Positions 26,283 to 38,266 of a DNA stretch of 43,226 bases are shown here, one piece after another; position 1 is the stretch's first letter, and each line of letters begins with the position of its first letter. The stretch covers positions 1-43,226 of the forward strand of contig JAUCBJ010005362.1 of NCBI GenBank assembly GCA_032718475.1, in the 5' to 3' direction. The notes beneath the pieces were generated by a model. That model worked only from the letters and a program-made list of their open reading frames with translations. It was not told the DNA's origin and searched no databases. The DNA is from Nemertoderma westbladi. Lineage: Eukaryota; Animalia; Xenacoelomorpha. The position numbers and the translations under genes were made by a program.

Positions 26283-26800
26283 CTTATAGAACATTTCATG
26301 AACTGTGAAGGAGATTTTAGAGTGACTGTGTTGAAACAGTTTAGAGATGGTCGTGATAGGCTATCATATGAAGCTGTATTAATTTATAAATTTAGACCGA
26401 GCTTTAATAAAATGTTACCAGCGATATAAGAACTCTTCATAGATAGGTTGTAATAATATCCTTTCTTTCCTCCGCAATAATACCAGTACGTTTATTAATT
26501 TTCCGGTGTAACTTTATTACAGTATATCTTTGTAATTATTATCGGGATAACTAGGTCGCATCAGATTTGAATTCTAACCACCAGTATTTATGCATTGTTT
26601 AAAATTCAGTATTTACATTATCTTTATTATTTCACAGTCTCTGTAGATGACCGTAAGGTCAAGATGTCATTAGACTTATTAATTTATTATCAGTATTTTT
26701 CCTATTTAATTAAATTTAAATAAATTAATTTTAAATAAAAACTTCTTCATTCATATTTACTATACCGGGAAGATAGACCCCAAGTTTCACCTTATGATAA
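26283..26800 (+). mobile_element. 3' fragment of a Penelope-like element (GIY-YIG C-terminus plus pLTR)
   Basis: 26283-26429 translates LIEHFMNCEGDFRVTVLKQFRDGRDRLSYEAVLIYKFRPSFNKMLPAI*, with the EA..I....P..N motif. It is followed by a decayed hammerhead motif. Right end approximate. Confidence 0.7.
26636..26676 (+). ncRNA. Decayed minimal hammerhead motif
   Basis: AGTCT-CTGTAGAT-GACC-GTAA-GGTC-AAGA-TGTCATT-AGACT. Stems I and II are intact, but both catalytic boxes are mutated. Confidence 0.5.
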
Positions 26801-26842
26801 AAGTAAAACTATATAATTTTAAAGTCAAGTTATAAGTATATT

Positions 26843-29011
26843 GGTTCAGACCACAGAATTGTGACTGCAGAGATAAGACTCAGTTTGAGAGCCAGCAAAC
26901 CCAGGACAAGCAAGCAAATCAAATATGACTGGGAGAAACTCAGAACTGACAATGCTGTAAAGGATGCTTATGCAGTAGAAGTTCAAAACCGCTTTGAAGC
27001 ACTTCAGTCAATGGATGAAGACCAATCCACCAATTCAATATACCAGAATATAATAAAAGCCCACAAGGAATCAGCTAAGAGGCATATCCCACAGAAACCC
27101 AAACGAAAACAGTATGTGCCATGGCAAAACTCTGAGGTTACTTGTAAGAGAAAAGATCTTAAGATAGCCTACAAAGTTAAAACCGAACAACCAACAACCG
27201 AAAACATTAACAAGGTTAAGAAAGCTAAGGACGATCTTAAATTGGCCTACAACATCAGCCAGGAAAAGTACATATAGGATAAAACTGAAGCAATTACAAC
27301 TGCTCACATACAGCAACAATCAAGACGTACCTGGCAAACTGTAAATGAGGTATCTGGTCAGAAAAGTTGTGCAAAGGGGCGCCTCAAAGCCGATAGTCCT
27401 GAAGAACGTGTTGGGAAGTGGAAAAACTACTTCAGCAACTTGCTTGGGCAGCCACCAAACATCGAGGTCAGCCCTACAAGGAAAATATATGACAAGACAC
27501 TACCTATAGAAACAGGGGACTTCACACCTGCCGAACTCCAAAGATGCGTTAACAGTATGTCCAATAATAAAGCGAGTGGATTAGATGAAATCCCAGCGGA
27601 GGTATGGAAAACCGGAGTGCTAAACAGACCATTATTGAATGTTTGCAACCGGATGTTAAAAGGGGAAAAGCCACCACCAATTTGGACTAAAGGTCAACTA
27701 AAGCCTCTCCCAAAGAAAGGAGACCTCGGCATACCAACAAACTATCATGGGATCTGTCTGCTTGTGGTAGCTGCCAAAATATACAATAAAATGATTCTAT
27801 ATAGGATTAGGCCTCACATAGAGAAACTACTGCGTAAGAGCCAAAACGGATTTCGACTAAGTAGATCAACAATAGCCCAGATACTTGCACTACGGAGACT
27901 GATTGAAGGAATTAAGTCAAAGAATCTCCCCGCAGTCATGACTTTTGTGGACTTCAAGAAGGCATTTGACTCCATCCATAGAGGTAAAATGCTTGAAATC
28001 CTAAGAGGTTATGGAATACCAGATGTAATTATTGCTGGCATTGTATTGTTATATTGTGACACAGAAGCGCAGGTACTCTCACCAGATGGTGAAACTGAGT
28101 TTTTCTCAATCCTGGCTGGCGTACTGCAAGGTGACACATTAGCACCATTACTATTTGTAATTGTGCTGGATTATGCAATGAGGATGGCCACAAAGGGTGA
28201 AGATCTGGGATTCACACTTCAAGAATGCAGAAGTAGTAGATATCCGGCAACTACAGTCACAGACACTGACTTTGCGGATGACATCGCCCTGCTCTCTAAT
28301 ACGCTAGCAGATGCACAGCTTCTACTAAATAAAGTGGAGAGGGCTGCTAAGGAGGTTGGATTGCATATAAATGCTACAAAGACCGAATTCATGACATTTA
28401 ATGTTGATGGAAACTTGACAACCATTGATAATAATCAACTAAGGAAGGTCGATGACTTCCAGTACCTTGGATCATGGATAGAGAGTAGCAAAAAGGACAT
28501 AGAAGTTAGGAAAGCAAAGGCTTGGGCAGCTCTATCAAAAATGAATACCATCTGGAAATCAGATCTCTCCAGGCACCTGAAGACTAAGTTCTTTCGAGCC
28601 ACAGTGGAAAGTGTATTTTTATACGGGGGTGAGACCTGGACACTGACTAAATCACTTGAACAACGAATTGATGGTTGCTACACAAGACTACTAAGGGCAG
28701 CCCTAAACATCAGCTGGAGACAACACATGACAAATGCCAAGCTTTATGGTACAATACCACCTGTATCAACCACCCTCCGTGAACGCAGATTAACATTCAG
28801 TGGGCACTGCTGGCGAAGTAAAGACGAGGTCATACCAGATCTACTTTTCTGGCAACCAACTCATGGAAAGCGTAGTCGTGGACGACCGGCCATAACATAT
28901 ATAGATCAACTTGAAAGGGATACGAAGGGGAGAAATGAAATTGTGACAACTATGGAGAATCGGGAAGCCTGGAAGGATCTCATTTCCACTGTCCGAGTTC
29001 GCTCGACCTAG
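26843..29011 (+). pseudogene. RTE ORF (endonuclease tail plus reverse transcriptase), one internal stop
   Basis: Single frame with TAG at 27275-27277. Motifs FVDFKKAFDS, GVLQGDTLAP, FADDI and YLGS. Confidence 0.95.
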
Positions 29012-29017
29012 TAGTAG
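26843..29017 (+). mobile_element. 5'-truncated RTE-clade LINE with 12-bp TSD
   Basis: TATAAGTATATT at 26831-26842 and 29018-29029. Begins at the GSDHR endonuclease end and finishes in TAGTAGTAG. Confidence 0.95.
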
Positions 29018-29105
29018 TATAAGTATATTAAATTTTTATTATTGGTGGAGGCCTACCTACCCTAATATAACTAAATAATAAACAAAATAAATGGAATACC
29101 CCAAT

Positions 29106-31013
29106 TGTAAAGTCCAGTAGTATACCACCTACCGAATCCTAGTAACGAAATACCTTACTGTAGAATCCAGCAGTATATACGGGTTCGTACAGTATCTGCC
29201 AAGAAATCCCAGTCCAAAGTGTGTCTAAATAAACAGATACCAAGCACACAAACGATTACTGGCGAGGAACCGAGCCTGATGACTCTTCTAATACTTGGGC
29301 GAATCAATTGCCCGGGCTAACTAGACAAGCAGGATGCCTGGCCTCTAACCGGTGAGGTAGATGTACAGTCTACAGATACAGACCAAACTCATGGGAAAAC
29401 AATCCCCGCGTAGCGAATCCTAACTACCACTAATGGACCAAATACTGTAAACTTGCTGCGGTGTGATTTATATGGGTATAATACGAGCTAGCGGGTCAAC
29501 TGACACTAGCGTAAGAAACAATACTGCCGACAGAAACAGCAGTCAAAGGGGTGCCTGAGAATAAAACAATACTTCTACAAACTATCTTTAAGCGCGCGTG
29601 TGTGTGTGTGTGTGTTACGATAAAACAATTTTGGTGTACCGCTGTTATACTAGGTTTTGGAGATTTTAACAAAATAACAATACCGGGCGCTACCTACTTG
29701 AATAAGCTAGTCTGGCAATTACGGTGTTAGTAACTACGCCCGTGATCGGCACTGATACCAGATTCTTATTGTGAGATAAGGAAATAGGGTGTTAATTTAC
29801 TACTGTACGTCTAGCTGATCTGGTATGTAATAGATTCTAGAATTTTGTTACCGCAGTGGTATGTAGTAAATACCTATCAGTACATGGTGAGGGCGCGGTA
29901 GAGTGTTAGTAAACCCCCCTTTAGCCAAAAATGCGTGCCGGTAGCAGAAAGCTACCCCCTTGCCTGAGCAATTACTTTGGACTCAGACAGATCAGTCAAA
30001 TCAGATCAGATAGTGCTAACCAGTACTGTACCGATAGTACGGCAAGTCACCAAATTATAGAGCATGCTGTTTGTACCTAGCGTACTTGCGCGTACTAACA
30101 AACAGCTTTGGCTCGCACCTGTAAGAGATACAGGTTGACCGAGGGGGTTTCTTTCTGAATCTGAGGTATTTGGTCCTAAATTTTACGGCATCCCAGGACG
30201 GCGTCACGCTTCCCCCTGATCTAAGGGCTTACGGCGGGCAAAGGCATTGAACAAAGTCTTACCTCCTCTGACATGGACGTTCTCAGGCAATCAGGTCATG
30301 CTTCCAAATGGGCGTGGGCGAAATAGTGCGGGTTCCCTTATGCGTCATGGACATCCCTTCCCCTTGCGTTGCTGTGGCCTAAAGGTTTAGGCAGCCATTC
30401 TCCGAAGCGTTTGGCTGTTTGTGATAGATACGCTAAAAACTACATGTTCAGAATTTGCAGTATATTTTAACGTAAAATGACTAAATGATTTATCAAACCT
30501 AAACTGAACTTCATAAATCAGAATAACAAAGTAACACTAATCGGATAAGAGATATGTGATAACATTTGTAATATTAGTGATAACCGAAGGGCAAATGGCA
30601 CCTTATATAGGAAATCCTAAGCATGGAATCACACTAGAACATTCTACCACATTCCATGGGCTCACATTGTACCAATAAATCATTAAACGCCCTACGATTG
30701 GCCCACCTAATCTGTTAATGTGTTGTACGCACTCCATTGGCTTATCTAATTTGGTGAAACAGAAAATAAATTTCGCAAAATATAAATTTTACCGACCCAG
30801 ATTCAAACTCTTGACCTATCTCAAATGTAACCTGCGCACTAACCTACTGGACCACTGCGCCTGTAGCAACTCGTGCCAAATTATAATAAACATAGGTAAT
30901 ACACGAATTTATAACAAACTGTAAAATAAGGCAAATGCGTCGGATTTTAAAAGTTTTTTTTTTACATAGTACTAATTACAAATAGCTCTACCTAGTAGTG
31001 AAATAATTCCACA
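29106..31013 (-). mobile_element. 1908-bp solo LTR
   Basis: TGT...ACA termini flanked by a perfect CCAAT duplication (29101-29105, 31014-31018). TATATAA on minus at 30603-30609 with CCAAT motifs at 30696 and 30736. No coding content. Orientation inferred. Confidence 0.8.
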
Positions 31014-31574
31014 CCAATGAAGGACAGTTATCAGGGAATTGTGGGAAGTATCAGGGAAGTAATGCACTAACTGGCTAAATTGAGCAAGGCCGACAAGTGT
31101 GGGAGTGTACCATAGTAATTAAAGAATGAAGTAGTAGTGCATACATAACCTTAGAGAGTAGAATAATATCACAATTTCAATATTGCCCGCCTGATTTTGG
31201 ACATTTTTTAAACTTTTAATTGACTAATTTAATATGTTTTATTTTTAAGTTTTTATTACAGCACTCACTTCTGCATGAATTTTGCGAATGTAATAGGCTA
31301 CCGGTAAATTATTTTGCCTGGTAATACTAACCAATGTTTGGCGTTCCCTGAACCTGAAATGTCTGCTAAACATGCTACATTGTAGGCTGGTGGCTGGGTA
31401 CGCCTACTGCAACTGACATAGGATGAAAAAATCGAACAGCAAGCAGTACAGCAGTGCAGTATATTGGGCCTAATGATTTATGCATTATGCTACAATTAAT
31501 TTAAACAAAGTGCATGAATCAGTTTAAAATTCCCACCAAATTTATCAAATTCATCTAAATTTATTAGGCACTGA

Positions 31575-32236
31575 GATAGATAGATTTAGATTTAGATAGA
31601 TTTATTTAGACATTATGTAAAAACAATAACAAATACACCAAACAATGTACCGGTATAACATATAGGATTACCCCTAAAGCTTTGCAGCTTATTTCCAAGA
31701 GGGTCCTTTATGTTACTTGGTTACAAATACAATATTACACTACGCTAACCTAAAACCAATATAAAACGTAATTACACTATGTACATGTACAACTTTACCG
31801 AGAGCGTGACAATGTCCGACTCAACGATAAAGATGTAATGTACAGAACAATTTATTATAAAACGTAATTACAGTATAAATAATTAATAAACTAATAACTT
31901 ACTGTTCTTAGTCCAGATTCAGAAAAGACATCTGGAGTTAGGTGGTGCCTAGGTTTGTAGTCTTTAATAAATCGTACTACTTTATTCTGAGCTACTTGTA
32001 ATTTACATTTAAGCTGTTTGGTTAAGCCTTCATACCAAGAAGAGCATGCATAGTCCATGTGACACTGTATTAAAGAAGAGCAAAGAATTTCTCCTGATAA
32101 GCAGTTATCCAATGTGGCGCCTAAATATTTAACTTCCTTTTTATTTTCAATCTTATGTCCATTACAAGTGACTTCAAACTTAGTTACCTTCTTTACCTTT
32201 ATTTTGGAACCAAACAAAATACTTTCAGTCTTGCCG
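31575..32236 (-). pseudogene. 3' end of an L2/CR1-type LINE
   Basis: GKTESILFGS...VKYLGATLD...LIQCHMDYACSSWY...KLQVAQNKVVRFI, then a 3' stem-loop and a short-repeat tail (TCTA/TCTAAA). Confidence 0.85.
31665..31706 (-). other. LINE 3'-terminal stem-loop, copy B
   Basis: GGAC-CCTCT-TGGAAAT-AAGCT-GCAA-AGCTT-T-AGGGG-TAATCC. Confidence 0.75.
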
Positions 32237-32738
32237 TACCGTCAAGCGGGGTTACATTGATAGTTTTTTGCAGCTTAAGGACATTTTCTCTGGCTGTGTA
32301 AGCCCTATGATGCTGTTAATAGAAGTCAATAACAATACATGTTTGGGCTATACAAATACGTTATGTATGCAATTCCCAGATGCCGCATAGCGAAGTAATT
32401 TAGAATTGATTAGCTATCCAAGTTACCTCGGGATTTGGGGATACTTGGATATCTGGGGATACTAAATTTAAAACTTATCTTTACATTTAAAATTTATCCT
32501 AGGCTACAGTTGTATTGAGAGACATATTTTAATTCAATAATAAAAATTTTTGGATTGATATATAAGATATCTGATCATAATACAAAATAAAAAAGTATTG
32601 CAGAAATTAATGATTTTTATATAATTATCACATTCAAGTTATCCATACAGGATAACACTTTTCCAACCATCAACAAGTTATTAACTAACACAATGAAATA
32701 TCATTGCTATGTTTATAAACATTCTACCGTTATATCAT

Positions 32739-34624
32739 TCAGTCTGGTAACTCATCTCCAAAATCAGCTTTTGAAAATCTGAAAAGTTTTCTAGCTCGAG
32801 ATGTGCCCCCTGTGGTAATGGGTTTACAGAGCTTTCTGAGTATAGTGTCAAAGCCTTGGATTCCGGTTTCAAAATTATCTGGTAAAGTCACTGTTATGGA
32901 GTCCTCGATTTTAATAGAACTTCTTATACGTTCTGCATATTTCACCACAACCTCAAACTGATCCTCATTAACTTCCATGATTTGAGAAACAAAGTTCCTA
33001 TTCTTAGTGACCTGAGAAACGATTGGAACTGCAACGAGCAACCAATCCCCAATATTAAGATCCCTCGTAACTTCCTCCTCTTCAGAAGATTCATAGGACT
33101 CATTGCTTTCAACAATACTGACAACACTCATGCTGCTCTCATTGTCTGAGATATCTTCCGACTGTTCACCTCCTTCAGACTGTTCTGTCTCACAACAATC
33201 CGCTACAGGTTGTCCCTCGATACCAGTATCCGTAGCAACATTTTTACCCGGAACAATCTTGCCTCCACGTTTACGTGATTGTTGTTTAGGTGGGCCTATA
33301 TGTTCCTTGAGCATATCAGCAACAACATCACCCAAATGCGAACGAATGTGGATTTCAGAACTCTGCTGACTACCAGAAGGCAACCGTTTTAGAACATGTC
33401 GCCTGTCAATAGGATGCAAACCGCATGCCCTGAAACCAGAAACCAGATTACCTTTGCTGTTTATCAGTTCCTTAAAAAGACGGTTCAATAGAGTAGGAAA
33501 AACATTCTTTGGGATACTGGAAACGCTGCGAGACTCCTTCCTCCATTCACCTAATATGCTTCTCCAACTTGTTTTGAGCGGCCCAAATACAGCCACATCA
33601 AGTGGCTGGAGGAGGTGTGTGGAGTTTGGCACCAAACATATATATCGAATATTGTGGGACATACAAGAGTTAATAACCTCAGGACTAAAGTGACTGTCAA
33701 GGTTGTCACCAATTACGATAATAAACCTTTTATTGGGAATTGGCTTACCATTCTCCAACAGAAGATCGTTCTCTCTAACCTTGATTTTATTGATGAAAGG
33801 AAGTAAGACTTCATGAAACCACCTTGTATATGTTTTCCCATCGAACCAGCTACTTTTAGTAACATCATACACTGTATCAACAGGGCCACCTAATGTCCAT
33901 TCACTCCACAGGTTCTGGGCTTTGTAAACTACCATTGGGGGACAAAAGTCTCCCACTGCGTTTCCACAGAACATTAAGCTAGTCAAAGCTTTTGAGTGAG
34001 CAACCTTGGACTCTATTCGACCTTGACCCCGACTCACTATTGAGTCTTGCGCACCAGGAATATCAATAATACCAGTTTCATCATAGTTAAAAATGAATGC
34101 AGGTTCTATCTTCTCAATCTCAGCTTCGTAATTATCAAAGAACTTATTAACTTCATCTGCTGTCACACGGATGCGTGCAGGTTTTACTCGTTGAACTATC
34201 CGTTTCGTTAGATTGTTCCTCTTCTTGAAAAGGTCCAACCAGTCGGCTCCTGGAAAATTGTCTTTAAAACGTGTAACACGTTCACTCTTGTCTAAGTAAT
34301 TCTTCACCATGAAACGGAGCCCATTGAAGACACTGGAAACTTCCAAGTTGCCAAGTGATCGAGAGTTTGTTTAAACATACCTTCCTCTATTGGGGATAAG
34401 ACGGGTGGCCGCCCCACGATTTTCTCTACCGGTAGCATTGAATCACTGCGGACGACTTTCATGTATCTCCATAATGTACCATATGGAATTTTGAATTCTT
34501 TAGAAGCCGATAAAAGGGACCTTTTGGCATTTACAACAGCGTTACATGCACTTTCAAGCTGGGCAGAAGTGTATCCATTGCGATAGTTTCTTGCCCCCCT
34601 ATTCCGCTCATAATTTCTCACCAT
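32739..34624 (-). pseudogene. DD35D pogo transposase with one frameshift near 34320
   Basis: N-terminal HTH ORF (34304-34624) joins the DDE ORF (32739-34346). Triad NYDET / GDN / QPLDV with 35-residue spacing. Confidence 0.9.
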
Positions 34625-34657
34625 TTTAAGCTCAATCTCAAATTAAATTAGTAGGCC

Positions 34658-34835
34658 TATGGTGGCACTGAAGGGTCAATTCATTTTTTTTTTATAAAAC
34701 GAATTGGCCCCACAAATTCGGTTTTTTTTAATCTGGGAAATGTAAAATAAATAGGCCTAAACAAAAAAACGTATTTCGTTTTTTTTTAACTCTGAGAAAT
34801 TAAAAAAAACTAATTAGCCCTTCAGTGCCACCATA
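34658..34835. mobile_element. 178-bp MITE-like inverted repeat
   Basis: Perfect 18-bp inverted repeat TATGGTGGCACTGAAGGG (34658-34675) and CCCTTCAGTGCCACCATA (34818-34835). Confidence 0.7.
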
Positions 34836-35285
34836 AATTAGGGCTAAATATTCACCAATAACAGTAATCAGGTAATTGTTATAACTGTACCGGTATTGGC
34901 TAACTTGTATGGTATGTGGGGCGAGACACGTATGGCGAGCCATCAGCGAACTGATATAATTACACTATGGCAGTTTTTCAAAAGTCTGTGTGTGTGTGTG
35001 TCAGTGTGTCGGAAGCCATAAATGTCGGAAGCCATAATCGAAGTTAAGATCTTCAGCTAACTGCTAAATTGTATGGTTGAGTCATTTTGAACGGTCTCTC
35101 CATGGAAATTAATTGTTTAGCACCATACGATTAAAGTTATTTTGCACAGAAATTAGATATCTGGAATCCATGTACCCCATCCCATTATAGATTTTTATTT
35201 TTTCAAGTGATTTGCGTTAATAAATGTATTTTTAATTGATTTAAACATAATTAACATTGTAAATTCATACGCTGATTCCATCCTC

Positions 35286-36449
35286 CCCCATAGAGCCTAA
35301 GGCACGGCAAGGGCAGCCGTGCCCAATAATATTTCTTGAAGTTTTACATTACTGCAAGCTAAAGTCTTTGACCAAGCCAGTGCCTAGGCTAGTACACAAG
35401 GACATAGTAGTCCAGTAGAAGGAATAGTGCTCCTTCAATACATCTCAACAGACATCAATTCATTTGCCTGTGCCAACCAACGCGTGCTCCATAACATAAC
35501 ATATATTCTTGATTTCCATCACCTCTCACCACAATTATTATTAGTAATTAAAAGTTTCAATTCGGTTTGTCTTTCCGTTATCTGGTTATTCAGTTATTGC
35601 ATTAAATAAATGTTTTAAAATATATCTTACGAAATATGGTTAATCATTAAAACTTGTCGCTAACATTCTCGCTATGGGGGTTTTAAAGAGTGTTGATTAC
35701 ATTTCTGATGTCAGTTTTCACGTTTACATAAATCTAGTCTGTCTGACTGTCGGTCTTTCTGTCAGTCAGTCTGTCAAAACATAAAAGATAATTCAAATTA
35801 ACTAACATTCTCGCTATGGGGGTTTTAAGGGGTGCTGATTTCATTTCTGATGTCAGTTTACAGGTTTACATAAATCTAGTCTGTCTGTTTGTCGGTCTTT
35901 CTGTCAGTCAGTCAGTCTGTCAAAACTTAAAAAAGAATACAAACTAACTAACATTCTCGTTATGGGGTTTTAATGGGTACTAATTTTATTTCAGATGTCA
36001 GTTTTCACGTTTAAAAAAATCTAGTCTGTCTGGCTGTCGGTCTTTCTGTCAGTCAGTCTGTGAAAACTTAAGAAAGTATACTAACTAACCAACATTCTCG
36101 TTATGGGGGTTTTAAGGGTTGCTGATTTCTTTTTTGGTGTCAGTTTACACGTTTACATAAATCTAGTCTGTCTGTCTGTCGGTCTCTCTGTCAGTCTGAA
36201 CTACTGCACTGTGGTTGCTGGTTGGCATTACGCCATATACCTAACACTAATAATACATTCTACAATACAGCCTATCTACAGTACAGAATGGATTTTTTGC
36301 CACGAAGAGCAATAAATGTCATTAATACTATCCACCAGTATACCTTCTCCAAGAGCCTTCTAATAAAACATGTATTCCAGCATGACGTGCACTGCACGTC
36401 TTCGTGCTGTCCATTATGACGTGCAGTGGACGTCATAGGCTCTAAGGGG
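35286..36449. mobile_element. piggyBac-like non-autonomous element with internal tandem array
   Basis: Right end CATAGGCTCTAAGGGG followed by TTAA (36450-36453). Left end CCCCATAGAGCCTAAG matches its inverse at 14/16 but lacks TTAA. Subterminal TGACGTGCA repeats. Confidence 0.7.
35661..36198. repeat. ~143-bp satellite-like tandem repeat, ~3.8 copies
   Basis: Units start (T/C)AACATTCTCG at 35661, 35803, 35949 and 36090; each carries a GTCT/GTCA microsatellite. Confidence 0.95.
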
Positions 36450-37975
36450 TTAAGCAACACGGTCCCTACTTCGCCCTGTCGACACCCCAGCCATTTTTCA
36501 CCAATCCTTTTTTAGAGTTTTTTAATTTTTTTGGTATTGGTGAAAGTTCTACAACATTAGTAGATATGTTTTTTATGATAGCTAGTGTTTTTTTGCTAGC
36601 TAGTATTTTTTGAAATTATAAAAAATGTTAAAGTCCATGATATTTCAGGTTAAACTGTTGAAGAATATATGTAAAAGCTTTTGTGGGATAACTGATTCGT
36701 TTGCCTTGTTGGCCAGTTCCCCCCCAGTCGCTAAGAATACTCTCAAAGTGATCTATAGCTAAAAATAGTGCAAGTTACCAGCTTATTGGCTGATTTGCTG
36801 TACGCAGGCATCTGGGCTCTGTTTAATCGGCCAACAAGCCTAGGGAGGTTGCGTCATAGCCTTGTTTTTGTATCTCCCAATAGAATTTGAGTTAGCCTTG
36901 ATTTTGACCTATCACAGAGCTACTGAACTGAAATTTTCCTATCTCACTGCTCTTTCTCTGTGTTGAACGGGAGCTTCGTGGAATAAGGGAGTTGGTATCC
37001 TCGTACAGAGCAGTAGTCACGAGTTTTTCAAAGCCACGAAAGAACGGCTTTGTAGTGTTTTATGTTTTCTGCTTTTTAGCTCAACACTAGTAGGTTTAAT
37101 TATAAGGACATATATCCTTTAACGCATTTTAACTGCGGCACTGCAGTAATCACTGCTGCATAATACCTGCTGACACACGGCTTTTAATAACTGCTGAAAC
37201 TGCTAAAATTTACCTGCTCAATCGGTACTGTATACTGCTATTTGTTGTTGGTTATTCATTATATTGGTTGATGAATTATTATATTGGAATAACGAGAAAT
37301 AACCCCGAAACCCAATATTCTTGATATACCGAAGGTAAGAGAGAAAGGTTACCAATAACGATTGTGACTTATGTTAAAGTGGTTTGAATTGAATCTAATG
37401 TTATTTGATAGACCCTACATGAGTCAGTCTGTGTTCCTTTTATATGTGACTAAAATCAGTGAAGATTGGCAGATTAGTGTGCAGTATTGTGCAGCATTGT
37501 GTATGAGTGAGTCTGTTAAAGAAGCAATTCCTAAAGAATGCGCCATATATGTGAATTATAATTAAGCCATATCGTTGTGAGTAGTTTAAGTCATAACTCT
37601 GTTTATATAGATAAAGCGCCACGTCCTAAAGGAACTGTTAATATTCCCAAAGGTGAATAATATTGTCAGAGATTATATAATACCGTCAGTCGAATAATAC
37701 ATTAGGCTTACATAGCAATAAAATTAAACCGTCGAACCCAATCTCCCGGGAATATCCAGCGGGTGAATGGTCGCGCACAGATTGGTTTCGACTAGTGTAG
37801 TGAATCAAATACTTGTCATAGGCTAAAAAGCGATTTAATATCTAGAAGACATCTTAAATTGGCGGGTTACACTGCCAAAGGTCTGAAAGCGCGAACATTA
37901 AAGGATATAGCTTCTTTATTGCGGTAAGCAATAAAGTTGAAAGTACCGGTCAACCGGTAAACCTGAACGGTCCAT

Positions 37976-38093
37976 CTGTAGGTCAGTAGGCCCAACTGCC
38001 AGAACCGGTACTGCCGTAGGCCCGTAGGTCCAACTGCCAGAACCGGTACTTCTGTAGGTCCGTAGGCCTAACTGTCCTAACCGGTACTTCCGT
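37976..38093. repeat. 38-bp tandem repeat, 3 copies
   Basis: AACCGGTAC at 38003, 38041 and 38079 within GTAGGYCCAACTGCCAG-type units. Confidence 0.9.
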
Positions 38094-38266
38094 ATAAGTA
38101 CAGCAGTATTATTCGATTTGATTATATATGCCGGTAGGTCTTAATAATTAATTGGGGACGCCTGGTTTTTATTGGGATTTTACTTAGGCCTATTTCTGTC
38201 AGTTTTATTTGTTTGTAGGCCAGTATTGAACAGAAGGCGTGTAAACCTGATCAGATTGTGCAGACG

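Larger units (their letters stand above)
32239..35285 (-). mobile_element. Second pogo/Fot-like transposon, one TIR missing
   Basis: TA (32237-32238) followed by CCGTCAAGCGGGGTTAC, similar to the first pogo's TIR. No matching inverted end before the piggyBac-like element at 35286. Confidence 0.8.

Noticed and set aside
35661-36198. Possible CRISPR-like array (also considered for 39765-40055)
   Set aside because: Units are homologous along their length, there are no unique spacers of CRISPR type, and no cas genes; the context is eukaryotic.
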